Shown here: positions 38,700-50,949 of the stretch, in pieces
Layout: the number at the start of each line of letters is the position of its first letter
Position numbering within the stretch: the first letter of the stretch is position 1
NCBI GenBank assembly: GCA_976551045.1
Contig: CDPCPM010000063.1
Span: forward strand, 21,080,001-21,144,000
DNA: 64,000 nucleotides
DNA from: Glaucostegus cemiculus
Taxonomy: Eukaryota
Direction of reading: 5' to 3'
Position numbers and translations under genes: made by a program
The notes under the pieces: model-generated
The model's database searches: none
Told to the model about the DNA's origin: nothing
What the model saw: only the letters and a program-made list of their open reading frames with translations

Positions 38700-40308
38700 A
38701 ACTATTCAGATCTGCTGAGAGCCAAATCACTCTAATGTCATGAGAGCGAACCAAACCTCTGCCAACTCAAGTGAAATACACCTGTCTGCTCTGATGGCTG
38801 CATTGAGGACTATTGAGGCATCTTTCAGTTCCTGAAAAACATCAATTTGCTCACACTGGAGATTAAACTGCTGGTTAGCAGACTTCTGAAGCACATGGAC
38901 TGAGATGTCTGTATCTCCAGGGAAGCCTGAAACCAACCCCATCTGCCACTGTGTTTCCAGAGCATTGGTAGTAGCTGTCTAGATATGTGTGTTGCCTCCA
39001 GAGTACAAGTGATGCTCCCCTAGCTCTTCACTACTGTCTGCAAAGCATTTGACGTAGATTTATCCATGATCCTAGTTAACTCATACATTCAATGTGACAG
39101 GCCAGAAAAGGTACCAATCATTTCACTGTGCATCCTGATTTGCCACCTCTGGAATGCCTCCCCTTCTTGGTCCACAGCTGATTTTTCCAGGGCAGTACTA
39201 CCGTGCAGAATTAACTTCCAGCAAGCCAACAGGTTAAATCTCCTATCCCTTGCTGCCTGACTGCAACCCACACGTGCTAAGTGGCTTCCAACATGCAACA
39301 CACCCCTCTACACTATGCTCTGCTTTTGTGGTGCCAGTTTCTGAACTGGTGCCTTCCAGCTCCCCAACAGCCGCATACTTGTCATTTTACGACCCCTCCT
39401 CCTCCTCCTCCTCCTCCTCCACCTTTTCCTCTTCCTCTTCGTGGGCCTCTGGAGTCTAGTATGGTGTTTCTCTTGTGAGCCTGCAATTATAAGGACAGAA
39501 ACAATAGCACGGCAACACTCCATGCATTGTCCCTTTGTGTAAAGTGGCCAACACACATTTTAAACATAGAGGTCATTTCAAAAGGCGAGAGTTATGTTGA
39601 ATAATCATGAAATAAATGCATACCAGGCAGATTCTTAACTTGCTCTGCTGACACTGGGGCATGGAGCTCGGCTGTCCATGAGGAAGAGGACCCTCTCCTC
39701 CAGACTGGTCAGTCTCGTAGCCTGAGAGGGCCCCCCTCCTGTCTGCCCTGACAGGTGGCGGTTGCATGCGACCTTTGCCTGTAAGACAAAGAGGCAGATT
39801 AATGAGATGGACCCATGAGATGTTTGTCTTGCTTCATTAATGTGTGTCAGTGTCTGTCTCTTGGTGATTGTGAAGGAGGGAGGGAAGAAAAGGAGGGTAT
39901 TGTCAGTGTCTGTCTGTCAGTGGGTGTGGAGAAGGGGTGGAAGGAGCAAAGGGTTTTCAGTATCTGACTGTCAGTGTTGGGGAGGAAGAGTTGTTGTCTG
40001 TATGGTCATTGTGTTGGAGCTAACAGCAACTGACATATCAGGAGCAAATATTGGGTGTAGATCTCACCTTCAAGTATCATATGAGGTAACTGAACTTCTT
40101 CCTGTACTGCTCCATGCTCCTGGGTGTAGCTTCATGCGATAAGCTCCTGAACCACCTCCTGCCAGACATGCTTAGTTGTTGCCCTAGCTGGCCTCCTGGA
40201 ACCCCTGATGCCAACAACCACTCTCTCCTGTTGTGGGTCTCCACCAGCAGCATTTTAAGGCTCTTATCAGTAAAATTCCTTCCCCTCTCCTGCAGCTTTG
40301 TTTGCCAT
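38700..40308 (-). pseudogene. Three-exon Harbinger Myb/SANT-like (trihelix) accessory pseudogene (copy 3, best preserved)
   Basis: Exon 1 40308-40068 (ATG; RGRNFTDKSLKMLL..W QEV..RSMEQYRKKFSYL; donor gtgaga). Exon 2 39778-39624 (AKVACNRHLSGQTGGGPSQATRLTSLEERVLFLM; ttacag acceptor). Exon 3 from 39480 (poly-Glu, then RMHSEMIGTFSGL coiled coil). Contains frameshifts and stops. Confidence 0.85.
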
Positions 40309-40679
40309 TCTTCACATACACACCACACGACATTTTACAAGTTACAGCAGTGGTGATTCAGAACATACGTGAGTGAGTGGAAATTGACACAGGAAAATTG
40401 GCACTGCAGTTTCAATGATCTCTATCAACAGCCTTTGATTTACTGGTCATGTGTCAGTAGCTGCACAAAATTACGGATGAATGAATGTAATAATATGCAC
40501 CAGCTGCCATATAAGGCAGCGTTTGTATAAAAGTGCCTATGCTATTGTGCACATCTTCAGTCATAAGCCTTCTGCAAGTTTTGAAAAGCATTAGGTCAAA
40601 GCACAATGTTACTTTAATGCTCCGATTATGGAGCAGATTAAATTCTAGGCTGCTGAATTTTATACTGAAAATCAAAAAA

Positions 40680-40880
40680 ATACTGCAGGTGCCAAACTCT
40701 GAAACAAGAACAGAAAATGCTGGAGAAACACAGCAAATCAGGCAGCATGTGTGGAAAAAGAAACAGTCAACATTTCAGATCTACGACATCTAATGAAGGG
40801 TTGCAGACTCGAAACATTGACTGTTTCTCTTTACACAGATGCTGCCTCATCTGCTGGGTATTTCCAGCACTTTCTGTTTA
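40680..40880. mobile_element. Penelope-like inverted-repeat element
   Basis: Arms cagaaaatgctggaga and tttccagcactttctg; degenerate hammerhead ctaatgaagggttgcagactcgaaac. Confidence 0.7.
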
Positions 40881-40974
40881 AATTTTATACTGATTCTGTA
40901 TTGATCTTGCAAATGGATACTTATGTGCAAAGTTCCAATGAAGCTCACCTACCTATGCTAGAAAGTAGCTTAAA

Positions 40975-41320
40975 ACATGTGTCTATTTCTGGATCTATGT
41001 TGAACTTTCAAACATTATGGGGACCCTTTCTAAACTACTTTCAAGATCACTGATTTGGTGTGTACTGCACAGATACTGGCTAATACTACTACGTCTTTGT
41101 GATGTTATTAAACAGCTTTGGTTTTGGTAGTGGGGCTAGATTTTTTTCATAATAAAACTATTCCAATTATCAATATTAATTGATATTTTCTTTTGGGTTT
41201 ATCGATATGAAGCATTGTGATTTCTAGCGTGTTTCAATATGTTCCATTTTATAATTTTTTTCCTGTTTCATGCATTTTGTATTTCCTATTTGAAATTAAT
41301 AAAAATATTGAAAAAGAAAA
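40975..41320 (+). mobile_element. L1/Tx1-type LINE 3' end
   Basis: ORF end SISGSMLNFQTLWGPFLNYFQDH* is typical of the fish L1 ORF2 C-terminus; T-rich 3'UTR, AATAAA and A-rich tail. Confidence 0.7.
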
Positions 41321-41719
41321 CGTGTCGATGTAGCTCCATCAGTAAGAGTTAGAGTGGTTGAACTTCTATCTACCCATGGTTCCCCATTCCCACAGTAACT
41401 GCCATCTGATTCTCACTTTCCTCTTACATTATTATTTGCAGGGCGCTTTGATAGAGAAAGCCATTCCAGCCACTTAGCCCTGCTGACTACAAGGATGGGA
41501 TGGAGAAGGGGTTGGTGAGAGGTGGAAAGGGTGAGTGACACACCTTTACTCTCCCTCTCTCTCTCTCATATATAAAATATACATAGTACATATCCCAGTA
41601 ATAAAATACTAATAAAAGGGGAATGAAAGTTGCCATAAACCCTAGTAAAATGAGTTAACTCCAGGTGACTTAGCCACATCTGAATTTTCAGTCATAATTG
41701 TATGCTTCACGTAACTCAC

Positions 41720-41755
41720 ATGAGCTAGTCTTTTGCATGAGGCATGGAGGAAGAT
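41720..41755 (-). CDS. Candidate 36-nt exon
   Basis: cttttgcatag|ATCTTCC...GCTCAT|gtgagt. Confidence 0.3.
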
Positions 41756-42411
41756 CTATGCAAAAGCTGCAGAAGATTTTAGCAGATAATTCTTGGAACT
41801 GTTACGAATGCTTGAGCAAATTTGTATGTCCTGAAGTTTCAGCATAAATCAGTTTCGTATAAATTTTCTCAAACAATGTAATGCAATACACCAGTTACTT
41901 CAAGAGTTTCCAGAACTTCTGGGCCACAGCAAACATCTCTCCAGCAGACTCTCATTCTTCTGGGACAGTAATGCAGCTTTCAACCTTACACTGACCTTTG
42001 TTTGAATTTTTCATGTTTCCATCCTGTATATTTTAATCTGCTTACTAACGGTTGTGCAGCTGAATCAGTATGAATGCACAGATTACCAAGCGGCTGATTC
42101 AGAACATACGAAAGTGACTGGAAATTGACACTGGAAAATGGATACTGCAATTTCAATGATCTCTATCAGCAGCCTTTGATTTAAGTTCAAGATTCAAATC
42201 TATCCTGCTCAGTCATGCTAGTTAGCTAGTAATGCTAAAGAATACCCATTTAAGTATAACAACAGTCAGCTCAGAGCATGAATATGATGTTGTTGTACAT
42301 TTTCTGTACCCATAAACAACAAAATGATGTGTACATGGCCTTTTAAGCAAAACATATTCCCAAGTTAACAGCTTTATGGAGAAAATATTTGAGCTAAGTG
42401 AAATTCAAAAC

Positions 42412-42570
42412 AAAACTGCAGATGTTGGAAATCTAAAACAAAATCAGAAAATGCTGGGAATACTCAGCAGGCAGCATCTGACAAAGGGTCTTTGACCTGA
42501 AACATTAACTCCGTCTGCCTTTCTACAAATGATGCCTGACCTGCTGAGCATTTCCAGCATTTCCTGTAAC
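42412..42570. mobile_element. Penelope-like inverted-repeat element
   Basis: Arms cagaaaatgctgggaatactcagcagg and cctgctgagcatttccagcatttcctg. Confidence 0.7.
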
Positions 42571-44128
42571 TATTTGGGTTAACTTATTTTAATCTATAGA
42601 ACTGTAGTCGAACTAAATTCCAGAGTTTTCAGGGCACATCAGTTGATACATATTCATGCAGCTCCAACAGGTAAAATCACAAATGTGCATGCTAATTGAT
42701 TCTCTGAAATGCAAGGAAAATTAATTCAAGTAATTTTGCAATATTTACTAAATGCTTGAATCTATGATTGTAGACAGTTGCAGATTATTTGGTAAAACTG
42801 TCTACAGTCCCTCCCTTACTTTCAAATTTCACTTTCTATGGTGTAGCTTATGCACAACTTATAAAACTGTATTGTAACACAAACTTTTCACTGTACCTCG
42901 GTACAAGTGACAATAATAAACCAATACCAACACCAAGGGACATGTAATTTTAGAATCTCAAAACCAGCTAAAGAACACCGATATTAAATGTACTACATAT
43001 GATTAGAAAGAATTGAGAGGTCTCATACACAAAAACTCAAAAGAAGGAGAGATTTTCTTGCAAACAAAATTTAAGCTCATAATTAATGAAACATCCCCAA
43101 CAGATAAATATAAAAGGGAACTGTACACAGAAACCGTACATAGAAAATATAAGTGCCTTGAAGTTGGATTGCATAGTACCATAATTTGTAAGTCACATGA
43201 CCAAATTTCAATTTCAAAAATTATGGAAAATCAGTGGCATCACACAAGTTGTAAAAAAGACATCAATTTTCTTTTCAGGACCTCCACTTAACTAATACAG
43301 GAAGATACCAGATACGTGCAGTAGCTTCCAAGGTGTGCAAGGATCACCATTAGATGTGACTACTGTCATTTTCATTCACATAATAAGGACTAAAGCTGTT
43401 CACAGGCCACAGGTGCAGAAGCAACATTCTTAACACCTGTGAAGCCCTCCTGAGTGTCACACAAGAGACAGCCTCAACAGATCCCAGGCCAACCCTAAAA
43501 ATTTGATTCAATGAGATCCACCTTAAGATAAATATAGAAGAGATGAGCTACAAAAAAGCAAAAGGTCAGCATCGAAGATGAGCTCAAACAGAAGTGGATA
43601 GGAATCAATTGCGAAGGAGCTGAGATCAATTTCTAAAAAGCAAGGGATCTGCTAAAAGAGAGTTCAGGGAGAAAAGAGCAAAGGATCAATTACAAAAGAG
43701 CAGAGCTATCAAACAAAGAACAGAGGACTAGCTACAAAGGAGCAGGAATCAGCTTCAAAAGACTAGCAGACCGGCTGCCAAAAAAGAGATTACTTATGAA
43801 AGATTATGGGCTCAGCCATGAACAAGCCAAAGATTAAGTACTAAGGAGTAGAATATCATCTACCAATTAAGGTGAGCAAAACGTTAGAAGAGTGCAAGTT
43901 CAACTGCAAAAATGCAGGAGCTCAGCTACAAAGATCAAGAGGTGACCAACAAAAGGCCATTAGATCAAGTGCAAGGGAATACAAAAATGCAGAACATCCT
44001 CAAAAGAGAGGGTGATCCCCAACAAACTAGAGAGAAATCAGCTACAGAAAAGCCAGAGACCAACCATATAAGAGCAGGAAATCATCTGCATAAGAATAAG
44101 CAATCAGCAATGAAAGAGATTGAAAGAG

Positions 44129-45021
44129 AATGAAACCAAGGAGATGATAGTGGATTTTAGGAGGGGTCACCGTGTGCACGCCCCGCTGACCATCAACGGG
44201 TCTGCTGTGGCACAAGTACGCAGCACCAAGTTCCTGGGGGTGCACATCACCGACGACCTGACCTGGTCCACTAACACCACAGCCCTCACTATGAAAGCCC
44301 AGAAACGCCTCTACTTCCTGCGGAGACTGAGGAAAGCGAATTCCCATCCCTCCGTCGTGAAAACCTTCTATAGAGGGACCATTGAGAGCATTCTAACCCG
44401 ATGTATCACTGTTTGGTTTGGAAGCTGCTCAGCTGCTGGGCGGAAGTCCCTCCAGAGGATAGTTAGGGCTGCGGAGAGGATCATAGGTGTCTCGCTTCCA
44501 TCCCTCGCAGACATATACAAAGATCGTTGTGTGAGGAAGACCAAAAGCATAATGGCCAACCCTTCTCACCCCTCCCACCACCTCTTTACAATTTTGCCAT
44601 CAGGGAGGAGGCTTAAATGTATCAGGGCAAGAACGACCAGGCTGAATAATAGCTTCTTTCCGCAAGCCATCAGAACTGCAAACTCTCTCATCCCTCCATC
44701 TTCCTTTGTTAACACTAAGAGATGCTAGGTGCACAGAAATGCACCAGCACTTTAAATGCCCAACACCAGCCCGTTCACTTTAATAACTATTTATTTATTC
44801 ACCGGCCATTTTTAATTTAATCTGCGTAATAATTTAATTTTAACTTCCGTAGCTTTTAATGTCTAATGTTGTAATGTTTATTCTGCCAAGTGTGTATGTA
44901 TGTCTCTGTTGGTTGTTATGTTATTTTATGGGACGAGCAGCTGAGGAGGACGGTATCTCGCTCCTATGCATACTATGTATGTATATGGTTGTGACAATAA
45001 AACTGATTCTGATTCTGATTC
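44129..45021 (+). mobile_element. Rex1/Babar LINE, 5'-truncated, 8-bp TSD
   Basis: ORF 44120-44728 (TKEMIVDFRR..KFLGVHI..); TSD TGAAAGAG at 44121-44128 and 45022-45029; (GATTCT)n tail. Confidence 0.95.
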
Positions 45022-45859
45022 TGAAAGAGCCATGATCACCCATAAGTGAGCACAAGGCTATTCACAGGTGATAAAGAAAGAAGATGCAAAAGAGCTCAAG
45101 ATCAGCTATGTAGAATTTTCCCACCAATTCCTGAAAGGTTAAACATGAAAAGAAACAGGTAAAGGACACTGGAAAACTATTTGGCAAGAATCTTGAACTG
45201 TCTTCTTCTGTGCTTTGTCAAGGTAAGGTAGGCTGACTTACTGTATATAAGACAAACTGTTCATATTGGGACCAAAGAGCCTAGACCTATGTGACAAGAA
45301 CATTGTACAGGTGACAATCAAGAAAGCACAGCATTGGTAGCTAATCAAGAAATGATGTTGCACCTAGAGCAGTGTACAAGAAGGAAAAGAACAGGAGATA
45401 TGAACATTGCTCATATCTGTAATCCAGGAGGAGTCCACTGCTACAAAAGTGCAACAAAAAATACAGTATATTTTAAGCACAGTGTGCTCTTTTGCAGCAT
45501 CAGTGTGGGACTCTGGTGAAGTTAGGGTGCCAGTGACAGGTTGTAGGGTGAATAAGCAAAATGACCACAGCACTATTGTGCAGGATCTATTCAAGTAAGG
45601 GAGTGAAAAGGAATGTAGTGATAACAGGAGACAGTATATAGTTAGAGGGATAGACAGAATTCTCTAGAGCCAAGAGTATAAGTCCATAAGCCTGTGTTAA
45701 TGGTAGAATGTTTACTTCAGAGTCTGGTGCTTAGCATCTGAACAACATGATCTAACCAACAGAGCTAAACAAGTGTAATTTGGGCTTAATTGCTGTGGAG
45801 AAGGCACTGACATTGGTTCACTTAACTTATAGTGGATTTGAAGAATTTTGCAGAGGTAG

Positions 45860-46770
45860 TGTTAATGGTACCTCTCCAGTACCTTGAGATACCTCCTCTA
45901 AGTAGTCTAAGCTTTTTAACTTTGCCAGAGGGCAGGGAACTTTGCTACCTAGTAGAGCTTTGTGTCATGTGTAAAGTCTTGATCTTCAAGCACTTTTATC
46001 CTCAGATGGCCAAAAGTCATGCTGATTTTCATCACTGATGTTTTCCTTCAATAAGTAGTGGCTTTCAAGATATAGGAGGTTGTCCACATTTTCCAGGATC
46101 TTGTCATGGATCTTTACTGCCAGTAGGCAGTAGTGTACAACTGGAACAGCTTGGTTGAAGATCTTTGTTTGAGATGTTGAATTTAAAGCCCATCCTCTCA
46201 TTTGCTTCAGTGAACAAGTCAATGTTCCACTCAGCCTCTGAACATGCACAAAGGCAAGCTTCATCTGCATACTCCAGTTATACTACTGAGGCGAGGGTGA
46301 CCCTGCTTCTGGATGGAAGCATGTAGGTTGCAAAATTTGGGATTGCCCTGCAGATTGGCTCCATTCAGTGGAAAGCTTGTTGAAGATAGGATGCAGCATT
46401 GCAGCAAGAAAATTTGAAAGTAGTGGTAAGGATGCAGCCTTGCTTGACACTGTTCTGCACTGAAATTGAATCTATTGTTGACCTTTTGGGTTGGATCACA
46501 GCTTGCACGCCATTAAGAAGCAAATGTAAGAATTTCTACAACCCACCAAATTTAAGGAAGATGCTCCACAGTCCCTCTCAACTGATGAAGTCAAAAGCTT
46601 TGGTAAGGGCAGCAAAGGTCATATATAGTAGTTGGTACTGCTCCCTGCATTTCTCTTGGTTATCTTGCGCAGTGGACATTATGTCCATTTTGCCTCTAGA
46701 TGACAGAATCCACACTGTGATTTGGGAACAGTTCTTCAGCCTCTGGGTGGATATGGTTGAGCAGTAATGC
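45860..46770 (-). mobile_element. RTE-clade (BovB-like) LINE RT fragment
   Basis: QEKCREQYQLLYMTFAALTKAFDFIS*EGLWSIFLKFG; VQNSVKQGCIL; LENVDNLLYLES. Confidence 0.8.
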
Positions 46771-46784
46771 AAGGCTAAATTGCG

Positions 46785-49430
46785 TCTATTTTTATGCAAG
46801 GAGACTGACCAGTGAGGCTGATGAACTGAGGGCATTGAACAGCACATGGAAATATAATATTGTTCCCATCATAGAGACATGATTGAAAGAAGGAGAGGAG
46901 TAGCAGCTCAACATTCCATGGTACAAAATCTTCAGATCTGATAGGGGATTGTAAAAGAGGAGGTGGCATTACAATACTGATCAAGGAGTCCATACTGCAA
47001 TCATGAAAGAAGACATGGAAAGATTAAGCAAAATCCCCAAAGAAATTTTTAAGTATATTAAGGGCAAGGAGGTAACCAGGAAAGAGTTGAGTACAAAGAG
47101 AAAATCTATGCATGGAGCCAGAGGATGTAGTTGGGGTCTTTAATAAAAATGTCCCTTGTATTCACTCAGAAGAAGATTGTAGTTCGAAAATTATGAGGGG
47201 AAACAGTAAAATTCTAGAATGAGTTACCATTAAAAAGAAGTTATTAGATGCCTAAGTGGCTAAAGATGGATAAATCCCCAGGGCCTGATGAGATGTATCC
47301 CAGGCTGCCATGGCAGGCACAGATTACTGAGACCCTGGGAGAGATTTTTAAATCTTTCTGGTCCACAGGTGGGTGCTAGCTGTTGAAGGACAACAAATAT
47401 AGTACCTTTATTCTAGAGGGTGTTAGGGATAAGCTGGGTAATTACAGGCCTGAATCAGAATCAGCATTAATTTATTATCAGTGACTTATATGACGTGAAA
47501 TTCTAAGTAATTCAAATAACTGTAAGTCTAACATCAAAAATGATTAGGTTCAATCTGAAACCAGGGCTTCCAATCTAATCAAAGGAGGCTATGAAGGTAT
47601 GAAGGGGCAAGTTACCTGAAGTAGATTAATAAACTACATTAAAGTGTATGACTGCAGACAGGCAATGGCTAGCATTTAATGAAATAATATGATCTACAAC
47701 AAATATGTATTCCTTTAAGGCACAAAGCCACAACAGGAAGTGTACTCCAACCATGGATTACAAGAGAAAAGGAGTATAAAGTTACCAGAAGAAGCATGAG
47801 CCTGAGGATTGGAGTGTTTTGGAATACAGCAAAGGATAACCAAGACACTGATAAAGAAAGGGCAAAAAGAATATGAGATTAAACAAACAAGGAACATGAA
47901 AAGAGACTAACACTTTCCCTAAGTACGTAAAGAAGAAAAGATCAGTACAGCAAATGTGGATCCCTGCAGACAAAAGCAAATAGATTTATAATGGAGAATT
48001 AAGAAATGGCAGAGGAATTAAATGGAAGAAACCACAAAAGATAATCTGGAAATACTGGAGAACCAAGGGTCGAGAGCAAATGAGGAAATTTTAAAAATAG
48101 TATTAGTACAAACAATACTACTAGAGGAAGTTAACAAACATGGCATCTACAATAATGAAATCAAGACATTTAAAAATAATATGATTAACCAGTGTCAATG
48201 TGGATTTATGAGAGAGAGTTCTTATTTGTCTAATATATTGGGAGTTCTGTGAGGATGTTTTTGCAGAGTAGATGAGGGAGAAACCAGTGAATATGATATA
48301 TTTGAACTTTTGATTAGGTCCCACAGGGGAGATGTAGAACTGAGGACATTGGGGAAATGTACTGACATGAGTTGAAAGTTGGTTAATAGACAAAAAACAA
48401 TGAGTAGAAATAAACATACATTTGTCAGCTTGTCAGGCTGTGACTAATGGGGGACTGCTTCAATCCCAGCTGTTCAAAATCTTTGTCAACGATTTGATTA
48501 AAAGAATGTAAAATTTCCAGGCCTGCCAATGATATGAAACTAAGCAGGAATGTGAGAAGCGATGACGGTGCAAAGAGGCTTCAATAGAATATAGACAAGT
48601 TGAGTGAAAGGGGAACAATATATGGAAAAAACAAGAGGTTATCCATTTTGGTGGAAAGAACAGAAATGGTGAGGTTTTTTTAAAATGGTTAGGGATTACT
48701 GGGAAATACTGATCTGTATAGGGACCTGGATCTCCTTGAACATAATTCACTGTAAGTTAACAGGCACGTGAAGCAGGCAATTTGGAACTAAATGAATGCT
48801 GCCCTTCATTGCAAGAAGATTTGATTACAACAGCAAGATGTCTTGCTACAGTTGTACAGGGACTTGGCAAGACCACACGTGTCATGCTCAATTCTGGTCA
48901 TCATACCTAAAAAAAGGACATGATTGCTACAGAAAAAGGGCTGCAAAAATTCACTAGACTGGTTCCTGGGATGGCAGATCTATCATATAAGGAGAGATTG
49001 AATACACTTGGCCTCTATTCTCTAGAATTTAGATGAATGCTAGAGCAGAAAAAATGTTGTAGAGTTAGAAGATCTTTTTGAATGGCAGAGAAGGGAAAAC
49101 TGACTTACTTCTGCTTCTGACATTCTTCTATTATATTGTGTACTTTCTTGAATTTACAAGAATTGGAGGCAGCGTCACTGGAACTTATTCTTATGGGAAA
49201 TTGTCTGGGTAAGTATCTAGATGATGTTTTCTCTGCCTGAGTTGTCCAGAACCAAGACGTTGATTCTCAAAAAAGTTCTCATCCACTCGATAAAGTTTTC
49301 TTCACCCAAAAGGTGGTGAATCTTTTCAATTCTGCACCCAAAGCAGAGATTGATAGCTTTAGAGATATTAAGGGAATTGAGGGAAAGGGGTGATGGAGGA
49401 AAATGCGGGTGAGGTTTAAGATCAAACATC
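46785..49430 (+). mobile_element. Decayed CR1 fragments (EN, RT and 3' tail)
   Basis: DKSPGPDEMYPRL at ~47270; INQCQCGFMRE; CR1-type 3' region. Confidence 0.75.
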
Positions 49431-50481
49431 TCTCATCTGCTTACCAAGACTGGGAAACCAGCTAATAAGAGTAGGTTAGCTACAAATGTGTAGGAGATTG
49501 TCTCTGAAAGAATAGGAGGCCAGCTAAAAAAAAAGCACCAGAGCAGCTCCAAAGCAGCCGAAGCTCAGCTACAAAAGTGAGAAAACAGGTAAAAGAAAAT
49601 GGCAGAGAGTTGCAAGGGAGATCAGCTACAAAAGAATGGGAAAATGGCAACTAATGAATGGCTACAAAACAGTGAGAGATCATTTTACAAAAATGAAGAC
49701 CAGTTTCCATAAAAGACACCATAAAAGAGTTCAGAATGATCTGCAGTGAGAAAGGCTCAGCTACAAAAAAGCAGGAGATAAAGTATAAAAAAGTGAATGA
49801 TCAACTGCAAATAAGCAGGTAACCACGGACAAAAGATTGAGGATTCAGCAACAAAGGTTAAGGACATCAGCTGCGGACACATGAAAGTACATCTACAAAG
49901 CAGGAGATTATCTGAAAAAAGCAAGAAAACCCCAGCAAAGAGCACAACCTTAGCTACAGATCAGCAAGAGATTAGTAACAAAAAAGCTGGGGAGCATTTA
50001 TAAAAGACCAAGCCACAATAGAGTAAGAGATGAACTAAGGACAGGAAATTAGTTACAACGATCAGATCATGTGCCAAAGAGATGGAGATCAGCCACAAAA
50101 GAGTGACAGATCAGTTCCAAAGTAATGGGAGACCAACCACAAAGATTCAGGAGATCATCAGCAAATTAGTGTGAAATAAGATACAAAAGACCAGGAGAGC
50201 TTCTTCAAAAGAGAATCAGATCACAACAAAGTAGCAGGATATCAGTGACCATAGAGAAGATCAGCAACAAAGGAGCTAGAGATCAACATTAAAAGAGTGG
50301 AAGCTCAGCTGTTAAGCAAAAGATAGTATTTTAATCTTTATTACAACAAGTTTTGAATAATAGAGTACAGAAGTCTTACTGCAATTGAATAGGACCTTGA
50401 TGAGACCACACTTTGAGGGCTATACACACAAAATACTGGAGGAACTCAGCAGGTCAGGCAGCATATATGGAGAGAAATAAA

Positions 50482-50519
50482 CAGTCGATGTTCCAGGTCA
50501 AGACCCTTCATCAGGACTG
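50482..50519 (-). ncRNA. Degenerate minimal hammerhead ribozyme motif
   Basis: Reverse complement cagtc-CTGATGA-agggtc tt gacct-GGAAC-ATC-gactg; stems I and II pair, and GAAA is mutated to GGAA. Confidence 0.55.
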
Positions 50520-50721
50520 AAGAGGAAGAGGGCAGAAGCCAGAATAAGAAAGTCTGGGGAGGGGGAGGAGTACGTGCAGGCAGGTGATAGGTGAGTTCAG
50601 GTGATAGGTGAGTTCAGGTGAGAGGGGGAAGGTAGGAGGATGGGGATGGGGGAGGAGGGAGATGTAGGAAGCTGATAGGTGATAGGTAGAAGAGGCCAAG
50701 AGCTGAAACCCTCTTCCTTTC

Positions 50722-50759
50722 CAGTCCTGCTGAAGGGTCTTGACCCGAAACATCAACTG
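50722..50759 (+). ncRNA. Degenerate minimal hammerhead ribozyme motif
   Basis: cagtc-CTGCTGA-agggtc tt gaccc-GAAAC-ATC-aactg; the core CUGANGA has one substitution. Confidence 0.55.
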
Positions 50760-50949
50760 TCCATTTCTCTCTATGGATGCTGCTTGACCTGCTCAGTTCC
50801 TCCAGCAAAGTGTGTGTGTGTTGCTCCAGATTCCAGCATCTGGAGAATCTCTTGTGTTTCTGTTTTACTTGGAGGCCTATATACAATTTTGGTCTCCTTA
50901 CCTAAGTGCAACAACTTGACTGGTTCCAGGGACAGAGGGTTTGCTGCAT

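Larger units (their letters stand above)
40354..42182 (+). repeat. 88-bp direct repeat pair (40354-40441 and 42095-42182)
   Basis: tgattcagaacatacg...cagcctttgattt; 9 mismatches in 88 by hand count. Confidence 0.9.
50424..50845. mobile_element. Penelope-like element with ~100-bp inverted arms
   Basis: 50424-50525 is reverse-complementary to ~50712-50820. Confidence 0.8.

Noticed and set aside
39308-39556. Arg-rich protamine-like ORF (RRRRRRRR)
   Set aside because: It is the off-frame reading of the (GAG)n poly-Glu tract in Myb/SANT exon 3.
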